Source of the DNA: Macrostomum lignano
Taxonomy: Eukaryota
Length of the DNA stretch: 64,000 bases
NCBI GenBank assembly: GCA_002269645.1
Contig: NIVC01000067.1
Coordinates: 1,065,214 to 1,129,213 of the forward strand
Direction of reading: 5' to 3'
This document shows, one piece after another, positions 61,400 to 64,000 of this stretch (the stretch's first letter is position 1; each line of letters begins with the position of its first letter). Position numbers and translations under genes: made by a program. Below the pieces are notes generated by a model. The model was not told where the DNA came from. It worked only from the letters and a program-made list of their open reading frames with translations, and did not search any database.

Positions 61400-63134
61400 C
61401 TTTGTACAGCTGATCTCAATTGGCAGAAGCTGTTCGAGCTGGCTGTGGCAGAGTAGATCCCGAAGGCTCCTCCCTTTAGTGAAGGCCGGCAGTACAGGGG
61501 CATCGCAGTGCTGTGCCACGCCGTCCCTCACCTTGGCAACCAGGGTGTCTGACCCAGCGCAGTGCGGCACAATCAGTGGGATCGCCGGATTGTGCAGCAC
61601 CCCGGCCAGCTCGTTGGTGCCATGTGGGACCAGAGTTTTCAGGACCGCGATGAGTTTGGCCTCCTGGCGTTGACGTCGTTCATTGGCCTTGGGTCCAGAG
61701 CCGTCCCGTCCACACTCCGGTGAAGGCAAAGTCCTCGAGACTATGACATCGTTGCTGAAGTGGCGGGCCACCGGAGTGTCGCGTGCGTGCCTGATGTCGC
61801 CGACGTGCGCTAGCATGCGGGCCCGGATGCTGTTGACCGTCTCGCCGACGTAGACCGTGCAGCTGCAGCGGCGGCAGAACACGGTGTAGACAGCGTTGAC
61901 CGAGTTGCAGTCGATCCTCTGGCTGATGTGTGATCTTGACGGTCGTGGACGCGGATCCCGGGCAGACGAGGTGAATCTGGCGTGCGCCTGGCAGCACTTG
62001 CACAGCCGGGCCGGGTTGCACGGCAGGAAGCCGAACTCCCACCGCCTTGTCGGGTAGAAACCCAGCTCCGCCAGCACCTCGTATTTGATATTGCGTAGAA
62101 AACGCCTGTTGTAGCCCTGGTGCTGCACCAGATTCGACAGCAGCTCGGTGCAGGCCGCGTCGAAGTCGACCATCCGGGAGCACCTGCGGGCGTATCTGAT
62201 GAGCTGGGACTTGACCACACCCTTGAACGTCCGCCTCGGTGGAATGAGTCGCGGTGGATAAGAGCTCGCTGTCCGTGGGCTTGAAAGAAGACTCTAGTCG
62301 CCAGACGCTTGAGTCCCCTCGCGGTCCCAGAAGACGGTGGTTCCAGGAAGTTGACCTCGGTGCTGCTGTAGCTCAGCTGCAACCTGATGTTCGGGTCGAG
62401 CCATCCAGGAGCTGCTGAAGCGGACCAGCCGTCTCTCGTTCCGTGCAGACGCCGAAGATGTCGTCAATGTAGCGCAGGCACACAGGCGGGCTTTCTGCGG
62501 CTGAGCTCCAGGCCCCGCCTGCTCCAGTAGCCCATGTAGATGTTGCTGTAGCTGGGTGCAAACGACTTCCCCATGGCGTGCCTTTCACTTGCAGGAAAAA
62601 TTTGCCGTCGAATTCGAAGTCGTTGCGCTCCAGGTTAAGCTTGAGCAGACTGAGGAGACTCGCGTCTGGGCGCCTGGCATCCGGTGCTCCCTGAAGGCCC
62701 TCTGTACGCACTCGAGTCCGGCCGCGGTCGGGATGTTGTGTAAAGGCTGGCGACGTCCATGTGAACAGGAAGGACTCCTCGACGCCACACAGGCGATCCC
62801 GCGGATGGCGGCTTGGAAGTGGTCAGTGTCCCTGATGAAGCTGGGCAGCTGGATGACGATCGGCTGCAGGAAGCTGTCGATGAAGCGGCCGCTGGCGTAA
62901 GACTCGCTGTCCACGTCAGACACGATGGGCCGGCCCGGAGGAATGTCGCCGAGCGGCCACGACTCGACGGGCTTGTGATCTTCGGCAGGATGTAGAAGCA
63001 CCGCGTGCGGAACTCCTCCTTCGGGCAGAAGGCGTTGAACTGGCGCCGATCGATGATCCTTCGTCCAGCGATCTGAAGACGCCGCGGATCATCTGGCTGT
63101 GAAGCGGCTGATCGGTGCGCTCAGAGGTCGGTAA

Positions 63135-63135
<1 letters not shown>
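61400..63135 (-). mobile_element. Penelope-like retroelement (RT plus GIY-YIG endonuclease), 5'-truncated and frameshifted
   Basis: RT: FYILPK.HKP..PPGRPIVSD..FIDSFLQP..PSFIRDTDHF; NDFEFDGKFFLQVKGT(AMG); YIDDIFGV; FFKPTD..H..FKGVVKSQLIRYARRCS. Cys cluster CNPARLCKCC. GIY-YIG: CNSVNAVYTVFCRRCSCTVYVGET..RMLAH..PVARHF..RQRQEAKLI..L....GTN. Confidence 0.9.
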
Positions 63136-63190
<55 letters not shown>

Positions 63191-63197
63191 AAGAGAG

Positions 63198-63245
<48 letters not shown>

Positions 63246-64000
63246 CAGACATACATACAGAGAGAGTGAGCAGGGGCACAAACAGACTCATACAGCACCA
63301 GCATTATTTCTGTACACCGTGCTAAAGAATTCCATTCAGATCTAGGCTGAATTGCTGCAAGGCAGAAAAGTGAGCAGTTGCCTTGCAAGCGGAAGCAAAC
63401 ACAGTGGGGAACTGAGCACGTTCGGGAGTGAAATCCACACGCCTGCCCAAATCGATATCACTATTGTACAATTTAATTCAACTATAGTTAATCTGCAACT
63501 AAGATTTGAACTAAACTACTTTTCCAATATCAGTAGTATTAACAGACAGCGAGACGCTATTTCAGATAAGATAGCAATAAATGATTAGCAAAATATTTTT
63601 AAGATTGTAAATTTCTTTACCGGACAGCTGTGAGAGATACGAGACCCGCTTGGACTTTCAAAGTCGTGTTTTTTTAAGAGTCGACCAGCACAGTTAGAAG
63701 CGATCGGCTTTGTTGCTGCCCCAAGTCGAACTCTCCGCTCCGTTCCGCGGACAGTAGAGAGCTTCGACGCAACTAAGGAAGAATGCATTGATACTGACTG
63801 CATGCGAGATTCCAGCTGAGTCCCCAGACTAAGGCAGTGGGGGTGAGAGAGAGACAGCCACTCACAGCATTATTCACTCGCTCCCAACCCAGTTTTATAA
63901 AGCAGGCAGCTAATGCCGACTGCAGTTCTTGGGAGTTGCCTGCCTGCACCGCCCCCCCTCCAGAGCTCTCACAGAATAATAAGCTGCATTTGCGCTTAGC

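Noticed and set aside
63585-63803. Short minus-strand ORF near the window end
   Set aside because: No recognisable motif and no supportable splice partners within the window.

Overview
Eukaryotic (animal) genomic DNA. GC-rich exons, GT-AG introns packed with private minisatellites and poly-P/Q tracts resemble a Macrostomum-type flatworm, but that is an inference from style only. Splice junctions were walked by hand and reading phase checked. Supported genes: the 3' part of a PITPNM/rdgB gene (+, 9 exons, DDHD and LNS2 domains); a 4-exon ~560 aa orphan (-); a 3-exon ankyrin-repeat gene (+); TRIM37 (+, 7 exons); WDR82 (+, 2 exons); a highly divergent ETS-domain gene (-, 5' end unresolved); and a divergent rhodopsin-like 7TM receptor (+). 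Mobile DNA: five copies of a tRNA-headed SINE family, a mariner relic, a Ty3/gypsy pol relic with a Harbinger-like MITE inserted in it, two hAT-type MITEs with 8-bp TSDs, and a Penelope-like RT/GIY-YIG element. About 30 tandem arrays explain most of the long ORFs in the track, which are artefacts. There is no CRISPR array, rRNA or bona fide tRNA. I found no clear-cut new system. The best leads are the divergent ETS factor, the apparently permuted Penelope C-terminus, inverted minisatellite arms around a 0.5-kb core, and intronic arrays made of splice-site mimics. Coordinates were counted by hand, repeat edges are approximate, and family assignments come from remembered motifs, not database searches.
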